From: Octopus vulgaris
Taxonomy: Eukaryota
Direction of reading: 5' to 3'
Assembly: GCA_951406725.2 (NCBI GenBank)
Contig: OX597814.1
Location: forward strand, 222,456,001-222,520,000
DNA length: 64,000 bases
Positions 13,373-28,062 of this stretch are shown piece after piece. The notes beneath the pieces were generated by a model. That model made no database searches and was not told the DNA's origin. It saw nothing but the letters and a program-made list of their open reading frames with translations. The translations under genes were made by a program, and so were the position numbers. Each line of letters begins with the position of its first letter. Position 1 is the stretch's first letter.

Positions 13373-14562
13373 AAGATTATCAGAGTAACATATTATGAAA
13401 CAGCTTTCTCTGCAGTTGCTATTACTAATATAACTAGTACTATCCAGTTGTAGCAAGATATTTGCAACAATAGTATGACTGTGGCATACATTTTCCTACC
13501 AATAACATTTAAGTCACATATTCTGTCGACGAAATCTTATAATGCAGACTGATGTATACAGGGCATGTATTTTCATTCATTAAGGTCGTAATTTTAACCC
13601 GAATTTTCAGGAAACTCAGAGAGAGAAAAAACAAAAGAAATGTTCGGTTTTTCTTTTAAAGAATGCTTTGCTTCACAACAGGTTTAGAATTTACCGGTTG
13701 TAATATCGCTAAGTTTCATAATATATTTCGGTGATAAATATGATCTTACCTGATGCACCATCCGCAACATGAACCAAAATGCATGTATATGCTTGAGTAT
13801 GTAATAAGAAAATGGAGTCATGAAGTCAAAGATCAGCTTAATTTCGAAATCACCTTCCCTTAGTATAAATTAACTTCATACTCTTTTGTTTAGATTGATG
13901 CTACGATTAGCTTTAAAGAACCCACACACCTTTCTGTCCCTCAAACAGTTTCTTAACAATTTTCACGTTTTTCCTCATGAGTTAACCATGTTAAATGAGT
14001 CTCAACGATTTCCGGATGGTGCACAGTACACTTTAAATAGAATCTCACCCGTATTTAGTAAATGATAATTAAATTTACTACTGATTAATTGAGAACTTTT
14101 TATTCTTCCTATCAATAAACGAACAGTACACACACACACACACACACACACAAATACATACAAAATGATACACACACACACATACATACATGCACGCGCG
14201 TGTGCGTGTGTAAAAGAGGTAAAAGAAATACCTGAAGACATGTTCTTGGCTCAAAAGCCTTCATCTACACGGCAATTGTCAGAGTTTGTAAGCAAGGATT
14301 TAGGTATATATTCAACCAGATTAGAACACATTAATATCCTAAATAATTTGCATAATTCAAACAAAAACGAGCGAAGTGTGGCCAGTGATATGCATTTGAA
14401 CAGCATAGGTAATCACCCGGCAAGTATCTCAAATAGCATATGACATATTAATTCTTGATTTAATATAACTATCACCATATTTAGAGGATGAATCATATAA
14501 TAACAAATGGCAATTAAAACCATCTCCACTTGAGCAGGGGAGATAATCTGAAATTGTACACA

Positions 14563-15029
14563 CATACGTATGTATGTATGTATGTATGTACGTATGTATG
14601 TCTGTATGTATGTATGTATGTATGTATGTACGTATGTATGTCTGTATGTATGTATGTATGTCTGTGTGTATGTGTGTCTCATTCAAGATTTTTTGCCAAT
14701 AGAGAAAGAGCCTGTCTCTAACCCAAATCCGATGCACCTTCATTGGAATTTCAACATCAAAGGGTTGTTTTTGCATGTATGTATGCATGCATGTATGTAT
14801 GTATGTATGTATGCATGCATGCATGAATGCATGAATGCATGCATGTATGTATGCATGTATGCATGTATGCATGCATGTACGTATGTATGTATGTATGTAT
14901 GTATGTATGTATGTATGTATGTATGTATGTATGTATGTATGTATGTATGCATGCATGAATGCATGAATGCATGTATGCATGTATGTGTGTATGTATGTAT
15001 GTATGTATGTATGTATGTATGTATGTATG
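14563..15029. repeat. (ATGT)n/(ATGC)n compound tetranucleotide microsatellite, interrupted by ~100 bp of unique sequence
   Basis: Directly visible. Confidence 0.95.
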
Positions 15030-15780
15030 TGGACAGGATAGAGAAAGCTTGCGAAAAATATATCTGGGTAAATACATGCCTCTCTTTTGCTATTCCATAT
15101 TTATTTTCTACGCTTGAATGCATTAACTCTTCACTTCTCAGATTTATAAACATACGAGTGAGAGAACTTTTATGGAGTGTATATTCTCAAAAGCGTGTGT
15201 CTTTACACGTGGATCTGTTTCCGTATACTGTGTGTATTTACGTGTGAGTTTGTAGCCCAATCATAAATATATCAGAGAAATCAAAAATAACTCTAGAATG
15301 CTAATCAGCATTCAATATAATATCTTCCATAGACGACCAGCCAGCGTTATTTGCTGTTGTTGGTCGACAGCAGTTATTCGTTGATGATGAGTTATTATTA
15401 ATAAAGATTGAGTTACTGAGAGACTTTCCACATCTGAAACGTGGCCGGATATTGTAGTTTCTAAAGTAAATGTATCTTAGCACTAAATGAAGGAAAATAT
15501 TGGTAGTTACTTTCTTTCTCAAAGAATCATTTATTTATTTATTTGTTTAGTTATTTAGTTATTTATTTATTTATTGGTCATGCGGATGTGGATAATCGTT
15601 TCGCTCGGTGAAATAATCTTGCATCAAATATTGAATTATAACTGTCTTTCCTTCATAGCATTCCCAATCACAAGGACGTTTCATGTAATTACTACGAATT
15701 GTCTCAAAACTATATTGATTCTTACTTTCAGCAAAGTATTTGCATTATTTGTATACATATATGAATACTAAGGCCAGCTC

Positions 15781-16161
<381 letters not shown>

Positions 16162-16162
16162 C

Positions 16163-16258
16163 GTAGGCTTTGCTGTGGGTTAAGAAGCTTACTTCCCAAC
16201 CGCATAGTTCCGGGATCAGTCCCACTGCGTAGCAACTTTGGCAAGTGTCTCCCACTAT
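16163..16258 (+). mobile_element. SINE family A head only
   Basis: tgctgtgggttaagaagcttacttcccaacc...gttccgggatcagtcccactgcgt...ggcaagtgtct matches the family A head. Confidence 0.7.
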
Positions 16259-16261
16259 TTA

Positions 16262-17015
16262 GTGAGAAATCGGTGTTTGGTTCGTTATTATAGTTGGTGC
16301 TAAGGTAATCAATTGTTAAGGGGTGGCGGGTGGGGTTGTTGGATTATATGGTGCGATAATTATCGTGTGCGGTGGTAAGCTCTGTGGTATCTTCCATTTT
16401 GGCAGGAGGTATATTTGGGTGTTGTGGTAAATCTAAGGGTCGGATATTAGCTTTGACACTATAGTTGTAGTTATGAAGGCTAATTGTGTTATGAGTGTTA
16501 GTTGGTGTATGGTATTTATATGTATGGAGTTGGGGTTACGTTGTATTAATTTACTAGGGTGGGGGCTAGCCGTTAGTGGATTTCAGAGTTTCTTGTTGTT
16601 AAGATATCGGATAACTCCGGCAATGTTGGTGGTGGTGGGGGTGGAGTAGGAGAGTTTTATAGATTAGAGTTAAATATTTTTCTAAGAGGCTTAGATTTAT
16701 GGAAATGTTTTTCGAGTAGGGCGAAGAAGAGTCTGGGTACTCGATTCCGGACGTTAAGGGTGAAGTGGCGGGGTGAGTGGGGGTGGGAACAATATAACAT
16801 CTCGGGTTCTAGTTCTCTTAGTCCAATTAGGGGTTTACCTGGGTGGAGATAGTGTTTTGGGTGTGTATGCTGATGTTTATTTTGGTTGTTTGTGGTGTAT
16901 ATATCATTAGGGGTTATCTGGTAAGAGGTTCTTTGTTAGGGCGATAGCTACTCAAGGTTTGGGTGAGTATTGGAGGAGTGGGATAGGGCGTGTTAGGTCT
17001 ATCATATGAGGGCTA
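16262..17015 (-). mobile_element. Penelope-like retroelement fragment (post-RT region), degenerate
   Basis: Minus strand with frameshifts: RTRTRDVILF..HFTLNVRNRVPRLFFALLEKHFHKSKPLRKIFNSN../KLSYST..NIAGVIRYLNNKKL. This matches the PLE motif R.RNIIWFNPP..NV.T.IG..FL.L.DKHF....L.KIFN.NT.K.SYS. Confidence 0.75.
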
Positions 17016-17021
17016 TACTTA

Positions 17022-17534
17022 TCTCTCTATATATAAACGGCAGTTTGTCTGTCTGTGTGTCTGTGTGTCTGTCAGGTTGTACCCTGACCTTGACCACGGC
17101 TTTCAACCGATTCTGATGAAACTTGATACACACATAGCCGAATGTCATAATTCAAAACTAACGCAGCGAAAATTTTGAAAAGTTCCCCCAGTTCTGAGAA
17201 AAATCGATAATTTCGACATGGGGTCGAGAATCTAAGCTTTTTATATGCAACACATTTTCTGTTGTAGTTTTCGCAACTTGCAATCGATTTTCACCAAACT
17301 CATGGTAAAGCTTAATGTTACCCTAAGAAACTTAATTCTGACGTTAGTTTTCCATGCAATACCTTACCATCAGAAAAAATCGATAAAATCATGCCATTTT
17401 GGGAAATCGCGTTCAAATTCAAGATGACATATTTTCGATAATATCTTTCACAAATTGGAAAGGAGTAGATTGGGATTAGTCGTTGCCTACTAGGGGCTCT
17501 TACATACCCGGGCAACGCTAGGCTATGCTGCTAG
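17022..17534 (+). mobile_element. Non-autonomous Helitron, copy 1
   Basis: 5' TC start after A, (GTCT)n near the 5' end, 3' imperfect hairpin cccgggcaacgctagg, then CTAG followed by T. Insertion is A|T with no TSD. Confidence 0.85.
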
Positions 17535-17825
17535 TGTATGTATATTTTGTATATGCATAATATGTGCATATGTCTAAACGATGCGATCAAGCATGGTGCA
17601 TTTCCTTATGTGTTTACGGATGGTTGAATTTTATGTGTGTGTGTGTATACATATATGTGGGGTGTGCGTATGTGTGTATATATATAGCGGGGGGAGCATG
17701 TGCAGGCTTTCATATTACATGCAGCTTACGTCAGTTGTTCATGTATACAAAGTTGCATTAAACACACACATGTATGCATGGAAAAATGTGTGTGTGTGAG
17801 TATAATATATATGTATGTGTGTGTG

Positions 17826-17988
<163 letters not shown>

Positions 17989-17989
17989 A

Positions 17990-18042
<53 letters not shown>

Positions 18043-18063
18043 TTTGTGCTTTCTTGTTTGGAT

Positions 18064-18112
<49 letters not shown>

Positions 18113-18355
18113 ATACAGATATAGGGGGAAATATAATTACTTTAATAAAATCAACAAATTTCACCTAGTAGTATTTCGGTATGGAAAAAGACCATATTCG
18201 GTGAAAAACTTATATAATTATAATAATAAGGGTTTTTGCAACAAGTTGCTGGACCACATACCGAAAATTTTAGAAATAGCAGCCTATATAGTAGTAAGTT
18301 TGCCTTTTTATTGTCTTCAAAAGTTTGTGTTTGGATAATATTTTTTATGTAAAAG

Positions 18356-18725
18356 TTGTGCAACAAATAATAAATACAAAATACATTCAGTTGCGCAAAT
18401 TCTTTGCACGATAAACCTGCCTTTGTGTGGCGTGTTTCCCCATTTTGTAAATTCGTCTTCGGCTTTCCTCGCCATTTTCTGCTTTGAGCATGGCGAACTT
18501 CAAAGCCATGAAGTCGTTCTTCGAGAAGAACGGTGGTCTCCTTGACAACGCTTACGACGTTGATTTCCTCCCCTCCCCTTCCCCACTGCTTCACGAGGGA
18601 GGGAAAGAAGGGGAGGAGCGAGACAGGTGCACGTGCGAGCATGGACGCCGACACACGAAGTATTGGAAAACCCAGACGACAGCTTCACAGTCAACGACTA
18701 CTACGGACAACTCTGCCACGACCAC
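18356..18725 (+). repeat. ~370-bp GC-rich unit, copy 1 (possible LINE 5' end/ORF1 start)
   Basis: Highly similar to 21400-21770. Begins near an Inr-like CATTCAGTT; reads MANFKAMKSFFEKN...AYDVDF. Confidence 0.6.
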
Positions 18726-21183
18726 CACGACCACAACGACCACCACCATCACCACCACCACCACCACCAGCACCACCACCATCACCACCACCATCGCCGC
18801 CACCGTCACCATCGCCGCAACCACCATCACCACCACCATCACCACCACCATCGCCGCCACCATCACAACCACCATCGCCGCCACCACCACGACCACCAAC
18901 ATCACCACCACCATCACCACCACCATGGCCGCCACCATCACCACCACCATCGCCGCCAACACCACCACCACCACCATCACCACCACCATCGCCGCCACCA
19001 TCACCACCACCATCGGCGCCACCACCACCACCACCACTGCCACCATCACCACCACCATCACCACCACCAACGCCGCCACCATCACCACCACCATCGCCGC
19101 TACCACCACCACCACTACCACCACCACCACCACCACCACCATCACCACCACCATCGCCGCGAAAATCACCACCACCACCACCACCACCATCACCACCACC
19201 ATCACCACCACCATCACCACCACCATCGCCACCACCATCACCACCACCATCGCCGCAACAACCACCACCACCACCACCATCACCACCACCATCGCCGCTA
19301 CCACCAACACCACCACCACTACCACCACCACTACCACCACCACCACCACCATCACCACCACCATCGCCGCGAAAATCACAACCACCATCGCCACCACCAT
19401 CGCCACCACCATCACCACCACCATCACCACCACCATCACCACCACCATCGCCACCACCATCACCACCACCATCGCCGCAACAACCACCACCACCATCACC
19501 ACCACCATCGCCGCCACCATCAGCACCAACATCGCCACCACCACCACCACCATCGCCGTCACCACCACCACCATCGCCGCCACCACCACCACCACTACCA
19601 CCACCACCACCACCATCACCACCACCATCGCCGCCACCATCAGCACCAACATCGCCACCACAACCACCACCATCACCACCACCACCATCACCAACTCCAC
19701 CACCACCAACTCCACCACCACCACCATCGCCAACTCACCACCACCACCACCATCATCATCACCACCACCACCACCACCATCATCATCACCATCATCATCA
19801 CGACCACCATCGCCGCCACCACCACCACCACCACTATCACCACCACTATCGCCACCACCATCACCACCACCATCGCTGCCACCACCACCACCACCATCAC
19901 CACCATCACCACCATCGCCACCACCAACTCCACCACCACCACCATCACCAACTCCACCACCACCATCACCATCACCAACTCCACCACCACCACCACCATC
20001 ACCACCACCATCAACACTACCATCGCCGCAACCACCATCACCACCACCATAACAACCACAATCGCCGCCACCATCACCACCACCACCATCACCACCACCA
20101 CCACCACAACCACCACCATCACTACCACCATCACCACCACCATCGCCGCCACCATCACCACCACCACCGCCGCCAACACCACCACCACCACCACCAGCAC
20201 CACCACCACCACCATCGCCGCCACCATCACCACCACCATCGCCGCCACCATCACCACCAACATCGCCGCCACCAACACCACCACCACCACCACCACCATC
20301 ACCACCACCACCACCATCACCACCACCACCACCAACAACAACTCCACCACCACCACCATCATCACCACCGCCGCCACCACCATCACTACCACCATCACCA
20401 CCATCATCGCCGCCTCCATCACCACTACCACCATCACCACCACCATCGCCGCCACCACCACCACCATCACCACCACCACCACCATCACCACCACCACCAC
20501 CACCACCATCATCACCACCACCGCCACCACCATCACTACCACCATCACCACCACCATCGCCGCCACCATCACCACTACCACCATCACCACCACCATCGCC
20601 GCCACCAACACCACCACCACCACCACAACCACCACCACCAGCACCAACACCACCACCATCACTACCACCAACACCACCACCACCACCACAATCACCACCA
20701 CCAGCACCAACACCACCATCATCACCACCACCATCACCACCATCATCACCATCACAAACTCCACCACCACCCACATCATCACCACCGCCACCACCACCAT
20801 CACCACCACCATCGCCGCCACCGTCACCACCACCATCGCCGCCCACCATCACCACCACCACCACCACCACCATCATCACCACCACCATCACCACCACCAT
20901 CACCACCACCATCGCCGCCACCAACACCACCACCACCACCACCATCGCCGCCACCACCACCACCACCACTACCACCATCACCACCACCTTCACCATCACC
21001 ACCACCACCACCACCACTACCACCACCACCACCAACTCCACCACCACCACCATCATCACCATCACCACCACCATCACCACCACCATCATCACCTCCACCA
21101 CCACCATCACCACCATCACCACCACCACCACCACCACCATCATCACCACCACCGCCACCATTACCACCACAACCAACACCACC
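18717..21183. repeat. ~2.5-kb degenerate (CAC/ACC)n trinucleotide tract
   Basis: Built from ACC, ATC, GCC and AAC triplets with recurring higher-order units such as accaccaccatcgccgcc. Confidence 0.95.
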
Positions 21184-21399
21184 AATTTTCCGTGTGTCGG
21201 CGTCCAGGCTCACACCTGCACCTGTGATGCGTTGTCAAGGAGACCACCGTTCTTCTCAAAAAATGTCTAAACTTCGTATTCTTGTAGAATCTGTCAAAAT
21301 AAAACATTTTTTTCTCTTGGCTTTATTCAGAAAATTCTAGAGTTTCTAAGATATTTGCTGCTTTTTTCTTCTGCAATTTCAACTAATCAATGACGTCTA

Positions 21400-21770
21400 T
21401 TGCGCAACAACTAATAAATACATTCGGTTGTGCAAATTCTTTGCACGATAAACCTGCCTTTGTGCGGCGTGTTTCCCCATTTTGTAAATTCGTCTTCGGC
21501 TTTCCTCGCCATTTTCTGCTTTGAGCATGGCGACTTCAAAGCCATGAAGTCGTTCTTCGAGAAGAACGGTGGTCTCCTTGACAACGCTTACGACGTTGAT
21601 TTCCCTCCCCTCCCCTTCCCCACTGCTTCACGAGGGAGGGAAAGAAGGGGAGGAGCGAGACAGGTGCACGTGCGAGCATGGACGCCGACACACGAAGAAT
21701 TGGAAGAACCCAGACGACAACTTCACAGTCAACGACTACTACGGACAACTCTGCCACGACCACCACCAAC
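21400..21770 (+). repeat. ~370-bp GC-rich unit, copy 2
   Basis: Direct repeat of 18356-18725, ending in only a short ccacgaccaccacc seed. Confidence 0.75.
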
Positions 21771-21771
21771 T

Positions 21772-22130
21772 ATGGCGAAAGAATGTATCTGGTGGACGCA
21801 TCTGAAAGGATTGGAGACAAACACTTTCCTCTCTGGTCAACCTGTCATCAACTTCTTCAAGTATCACTTGAAGAGGAAAGTGAGAGTAAAGAGGCAAGTT
21901 TTGTCTAGCGAATGTTTTAAAAAAGATGGGTGAATGTAGCAAGGATGGCACGTATGAATGACGAAGCCAACTTGAGCATGATCCTATGAACGAAAAACAG
22001 AAAGGAAAAAGAGAGACATTTACTGTAATGTGCTTTTTGTATGACATTCTTGCCCAAGGTTACCGTGGTGTTTCCGTAGGCTTTTCTTTTCACGGATAAA
22101 CCTAATCTGTTTTCCCGTTTTACATTGACA
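21772..22130 (+). mobile_element. Tx1/L1-clade LINE ORF2 C-terminus and 3' UTR fragment
   Basis: MAKECIWWTHLKGLETNTFLSGQPVINFFKYHLKRKVRVKRQVLSSECFKK/RWVNVARMARMN (one frameshift) fits the AK..IW..R...F...W C-terminal pattern of Tx1/L1 ORF2. Confidence 0.6.
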
Positions 22131-22149
22131 TTTCTGTGAATTTGGTTGG

Positions 22150-22280
22150 GTTCCGTCTACCAAATCCACTCACAAGGCTTTGGTCGGCCCGAGGCTATAG
22201 TAGAAGATACTATACGCCGTGGTACTGAACCCGGAACCTTGTGGTTGGTAAGCAAGCTACTTACCACACATCCACTCCTG
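22150..22280 (-). mobile_element. SINE family A, 5' part
   Basis: ttccgtctaccaaatccactcacaaggctttggtcggcccgaggctatagtagaaga...gtaagcaagctacttaccacac, as in the full-length copies. Confidence 0.85.
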
Positions 22281-22286
22281 ACCCTA

Positions 22287-22339
<53 letters not shown>

Positions 22340-22354
<15 letters not shown>

Positions 22355-23064
22355 CGGCAGTTTGTCTGTCTGTGTGTCTGTGTGTCTGTGTGTCTGTCAG
22401 GTTGTACCCTGACTCTGACCACGGCTTTCAACCGAAAATTTTGAAAAGTTCCCCTAGTTCTGAAAAAAATCGATAAATAAGACATGGGTCGAGAATCTAA
22501 GCTTTTTATATGCAACACATTTTCTACATACTGTCTAGGGGACGCAACTCGACCTTTTTAAGTATCCCAAAATGCATAAAAAATGTACAAAAACGGCAAA
22601 AAATCGGACAGCAATGTGAGTGACAACAACAAAAAAGTCAAAAGTGACAAAACTGAACAAACGAATGGAAAAGATTTTTTGATGCACACGAGAAAAGCGG
22701 TTTATAATAAACCAAGAGTTTGCAAGTAGCATCCGAGGACCCTTAGGGTACGTCAAAAATTTAAGGTAAAACGTTTGGGGTGGTAGTTATAAAGAAAGTG
22801 TAATCAAAAAAAGTATTCGAATAACTTGCGACTGCAGCAGCTATTAGCAGAAGTGGGGGTAAAGTCTCGAATGTAATTTCTTCCTGGTAGGAATTGGTTG
22901 GGTTGAATTATCGATAGCTGTTTGATAGTTATTTGGGAGTGAAGAGAAGACATTGCAATCTACACATGCGCCTTCGTTCCCTAGAGGGAAATGACTAGAT
23001 TGGGATTAGTCGTTTCCTACTAGGGGCTCTTACATACCCGGGCAAAGCCGGGCTATGCTGCTAG
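22340..23064 (+). mobile_element. Non-autonomous Helitron, copy 2
   Basis: Shares 5' and 3' ends with 17022-17534. 3' hairpin cccgggcaaagccggg (23037-23052), then CTAG|T. The 5' end is buried in (TA)n. Confidence 0.85.
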
Positions 23065-25149
23065 TCAATAGATAAATACATACATGCATACATTCTTATG
23101 TGCGTGTATGTATACGTCTACAACTATTAATACCATGTAGGTCGCCTTTACTCTGTTATTGTTATTGGCGTTGGTGCTATTATTGTAATATAATTTTTCT
23201 ATTTGTTCTTGGGTACCCCGGAATCTCAAAATTTGATTGGTGGAAAGTAATGCACATCGCAAATATATTGTATTCTACCCGATAAAGCACCCTTACACGC
23301 GTGATTCGGAAAAGTACTAAACTATATAGTAATTATAAAGAATAATCTTGTATAATAGCAAATGAATATAAACCTGGTATGTGGTACAGAAACACGTGAT
23401 CTACTATTAAAGCCTGGAATCCTCCATCCTTGTGTTATACACAGACACACACACATACACACACACACATACACACACATACACACACATACACACACAC
23501 AAACAAATGCCCTCAACTGAATTGCTAATGATAAGCTCTGTAATGCTCTGTCATATAGTGCATTGAGCAATTAATTTGATACATATGAATTACTTTCCGT
23601 GTATATGTGAACGTTGAGTATACACATATACGTACAACACCGAGACACACACGTACACTCACAGGCACGCACGCACACGCACGTATATTTATATATTCCT
23701 TGACTGAATATATACTCACTTATCCATTTATGACTCTAATCTTCGGTTGGTGAGTTTAGTAGAGATGAAGTTGACCGTGTATTAGATCAGTAATTGCTTT
23801 ATCGTGATTGAAATAATCAAAGACAATATGAATCTCTGCTGAATTCAGACGCTGCTTGTGATTTTTAAAAATATTTTAAATCGCTGTAACGAATCTCACA
23901 TTTAACCAATTCCAGACTAGGTTATGTTTAGTTTAGCCGAAATCAACTTTATCTTTATAACCCAAGAGAAAACATGTTTATATATTAAACGCTTCTCCTC
24001 ACTATTTTAAAGCTACCTCAACGTATTTGCATATGTAGTCATTCAAACAGTCTTTAATATAATACTTAATATTATATATAAGTTATCGGCACATATAAGT
24101 CTTATTATTTTTATCACTATATCTCATGTGTCTTCTTTCAAAGCGTACTGATCACGCTCTAATTTTATTGCCGATGCATACATCTTTCACTAATACATAC
24201 ATACATATAAATATATATATATATATAGAGAGAGAGAGAAAGTGAGAGAGGAGGGAAATGATGTAGACATATGTGCCTGTGTTTGTGTATGCATGTGTAC
24301 GTCTGTATTTGAGAACCTATTTCACTGTGTTCGTGTAAATTCCACTAGCAATTTACAGGTGAAGTGGAGTAGTATTATGTAGCAGTTATTTGCCCAGTGC
24401 AACACGCGATGCATCAAGATGATTTAGATCAAAACGAGAAACAAGTAAGGAAAGGAAACATGTAAGCGTCTAATCCTAGCGAGTGAACTCAACTCACCTA
24501 TGGGGAAATTGCAGAAGTTTCTTTGTTAAATCAACTTATTTTTAGTATTGGTAATAACTCTATATTTCTTTCAGTACAAAATTAATACCCGTTAGACTGC
24601 TAATGTTAGATGCACACCTGTGATATTATGGGTGACTGTGAAACACTTACATCTTGCATTCTCCTGGATTTTAAGTCGAAATTCTAATTCACGTTGTTTT
24701 AAATTTAACCAGTTTTGGTGTTTTGCTATAATTGGTCTCCAGTAGTTTCGTTCCATATATACTTTACACACACACACACACGGGATGTTGTATGTGTGGA
24801 TATATACACAAGTGCAAATAAATATATACTTAATCTTATATGTGCGTATATACAAATGTAAATGCATATACAAATGTGCGCGCGCGCGCGTTTCTCAACC
24901 AATGACTAAGAGAGAAGGAGGCGATAATCGAGAAATATAGAAACAATTCTAGTAAAACTAAACAGTATAGCTAACAGTAAAGCTACTTTCCTTCTCGAGG
25001 AATACAAAGGATACAAATATACTAAGGATATTGACACTCGTAAGAGCAGTCTAGTCAATAGGAGCTAGCTTCATCAGAGATAATGTTTACAACAAGGATG
25101 CTGCCTCTAATTAATGTTTGTGTGTGTGTGTATATATATATATGTATAT

Positions 25150-25211
<62 letters not shown>

Positions 25212-25635
25212 GTTTGTGTGTGTGTATATATATAATTCATGTTTGTGTGTTTATATATATATATATATATATATATATTCATACATATATACACACATAT
25301 ATACACGCAGACATGCAAACATATGATACGTTTTTTATCGGTGAACCTCGGAATAGAAAGTTGCTTCTCGAATAATGATCGTACGGGCAGCTTTCGGGCA
25401 ACCCAATGTGTTTGTTTATACGCATTTGTTACACGTTATTATGTAGCTATATCTATTTCGATATATATATATATACATATATATACATATATGTATGTGT
25501 GTATATAGGTGCAAACCAAATTAAAAAATATAGCACCCAAATATCATTTATAAGCATTTCGTATGTCATCACTCAAACTATTAATCAATTTCTCAGAATA
25601 AAAGTTTGTGAAGTTTATCAGCTTCAACTAAAATG

Positions 25636-25681
<46 letters not shown>

Positions 25682-25958
25682 GTATTTATGCATGTATGCA
25701 TGGATCTATGTATATATATATATATTTATGTATGTATGCATGTATATTTATGTATATATATGTATATATATATATATGTATATATAGATATATGTATATA
25801 TATATATGCATATATGTATATATATATAGGTATATATGTGTTTATATATGTATATATGTATATATAAATAGGTATATATTTATATATATATACATACATA
25901 TATATATATATATACATATATATATGTATATATACACATCTATATGTGTGTATATATA

Positions 25959-25995
<37 letters not shown>

Positions 25996-26771
25996 ATGTA
26001 TGTATGTATGTATGTATGTATGTGTGTATATATATATATATATGCTACTTTGAAGTAGAAGACTAAGATCTAAGATGGTATGTAATTAAAATTAATTTTC
26101 CGTACGTTTTGTTCCACACACTTTCTACCCACTCGCATTCCATCCCACGCAATCCACGCACACATAGCTATTTATTCTCAACGTATCCAACTTAGAGAGA
26201 ACTTTCTCCCTACTATGATACGTGCCAATATATGTTCTATATTTGTACACACTTCCTTGAAGAACGGATGATTAATTTTGACAACTTCTGATTACTCGCA
26301 GCACACCATTTATCAGGAGACATCAGTTTATGAATATTCATACAACACTCTGTAGATCCAATCATTCCAAGAAAAGTACAGGCAGATTAAAAATTAATAA
26401 AGAAAGAAATAATTTCGTAAAAAGAAGTTATGTTAAAAAAGAATAGACGAATGCATAAAATAAAATATAGCGCCGTAAATTATAAATAAATTATAAGTGA
26501 ACAGTTTGAAATGAGAAAACTATGAAAGTTTTAAAATATGCAATATTTTTAATTACTCAAAAAGTATACATACATGCATACATGCAAAGACCCACAAATA
26601 CACAGACAGAAAATATACATGAATACACACACACTCACACACGTACACACACACATATGTATACACACATGCGTATGTCAGTGCGCGTCGGCACACGCAA
26701 AACTGACAATATCGAATGGAGAACAGTATAGTTGGTAAGGTGATTGCTAACTTACGAAATAGGAGGCTCTT

Positions 26772-26853
<82 letters not shown>

Positions 26854-26867
26854 ATACATATATATAT

Positions 26868-26924
<57 letters not shown>

Positions 26925-27045
26925 TATATATACATATGAAACAGTTCTAGTCCTGTAGAAGCTCCTTCTATAAAATAAATTACTTTACTCTGCTATGTAT
27001 TGAGTACCTTATTTACTGTGGTTATCCCCGACTCAACCCGGGACC

Positions 27046-27124
<79 letters not shown>

Positions 27125-27664
27125 TTATGTATATATGTGTATGTGTTTGTGTGTGTGTGTAACTGTTCTTCTTTTGTCGTCATTATCGGCGATGGGATCT
27201 ATTTGAATTAGATTTTTGAAATAGATTTTTTTTTTTACATATTACAGAACTGTGAACTTTGAAATGAAAGAGATAACGGTTTTAAAAAAGTCTTTTATTT
27301 AAAAAGTTTGTAGCCTTTCGATTCCACGAATACTATGAACCAATCTACGGCTTACAGAACATGTTTGGAGAGTAAGATGTACTCACTTACCATCTTGTTC
27401 AATCATCGCCAACCGAAATACTCAGATCGATTTACATAATTCTAAATATAAGAGACAAATGAAATGGAGCAGTAGGAATAGAATCCCTTTGTCAGCTTTC
27501 ACACCAGGGTTAACTAAAACAATGCACAGATATATTTCGATTAGTTGATCCGTAAGCTTTTCTATGATAATTGCATATATGAATCCCTTCACGTATCACA
27601 AATTGGTATCCACCTCGCTTCAAAGTTCATATTGTCAGTTTTAAATAATTTGTATTCTCTCTTC

Positions 27665-28062
27665 ATTCTCTTTTACTTGTTTCAGTCATTTGACTGCGGC
27701 CATGCTGGATCACCGCCTTTAGTCGAGCAAATCGACCCCAGGACTTATTCTTTGTAAGCCTGGTACTTATTCTATCGGTCTATTTTGCCGAACCGCTAAG
27801 TTACGGGGACGTAAACACACCAGCATCGGTTGTCACATGATGTTGGGCGAACAAACACAGACACACAAACATATACACACACACATACACATATATATAC
27901 GACGGGCTTATTTCAGTTTCCGTCTACAATATCCACTCACAAGGCATTGGTCGGCACGAGGCTATAGTAGAAGACACTTGCCCAAGGTGCCAGGCAGTGG
28001 GACTGAACCCGGAACCATGTGGTTGGTAAGCAAGCTACTTACCACAGAGTCACTCCTGCGCC
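27665..28062 (-). mobile_element. tRNA-derived SINE family A (CORE-like), full length
   Basis: Minus-strand tRNA-like head with GGTTCAGTCCC B box, CORE-like ggcaccttgggcaagtgtct segment, internal (TG)n and a 3' tail with stem-loop cagtcaaatgactg. Several near-identical copies in the window. Confidence 0.9.

Noticed and set aside
13750-13791. Possible 42-nt phase 1-1 micro-exon on the minus strand (YTCILVHVADGAS) with CAG|GTAAG donor
   Set aside because: Weak AAG acceptor and no recognisable domain; such sites arise by chance in 64 kb.
18159-18206. Hammerhead-like motif on the minus strand (tttcacc-gaatat-ggt...acc-gaaa-tactacta-ggtgaaa)
   Set aside because: Flanking helices pair but the CUGANGA core has non-compensatory changes; at best a decayed copy.
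18484-21340. Long ORFs of 382-935 aa (poly-Thr/Pro/His/Val/Gly) as a mucin, extensin or His-rich protein gene
   Set aside because: Open in nearly all frames simply because CAC-type triplets lack stops. The register shifts mid-tract, no signal peptide or splice context is evident, and the flanks are repeat/TE-derived.
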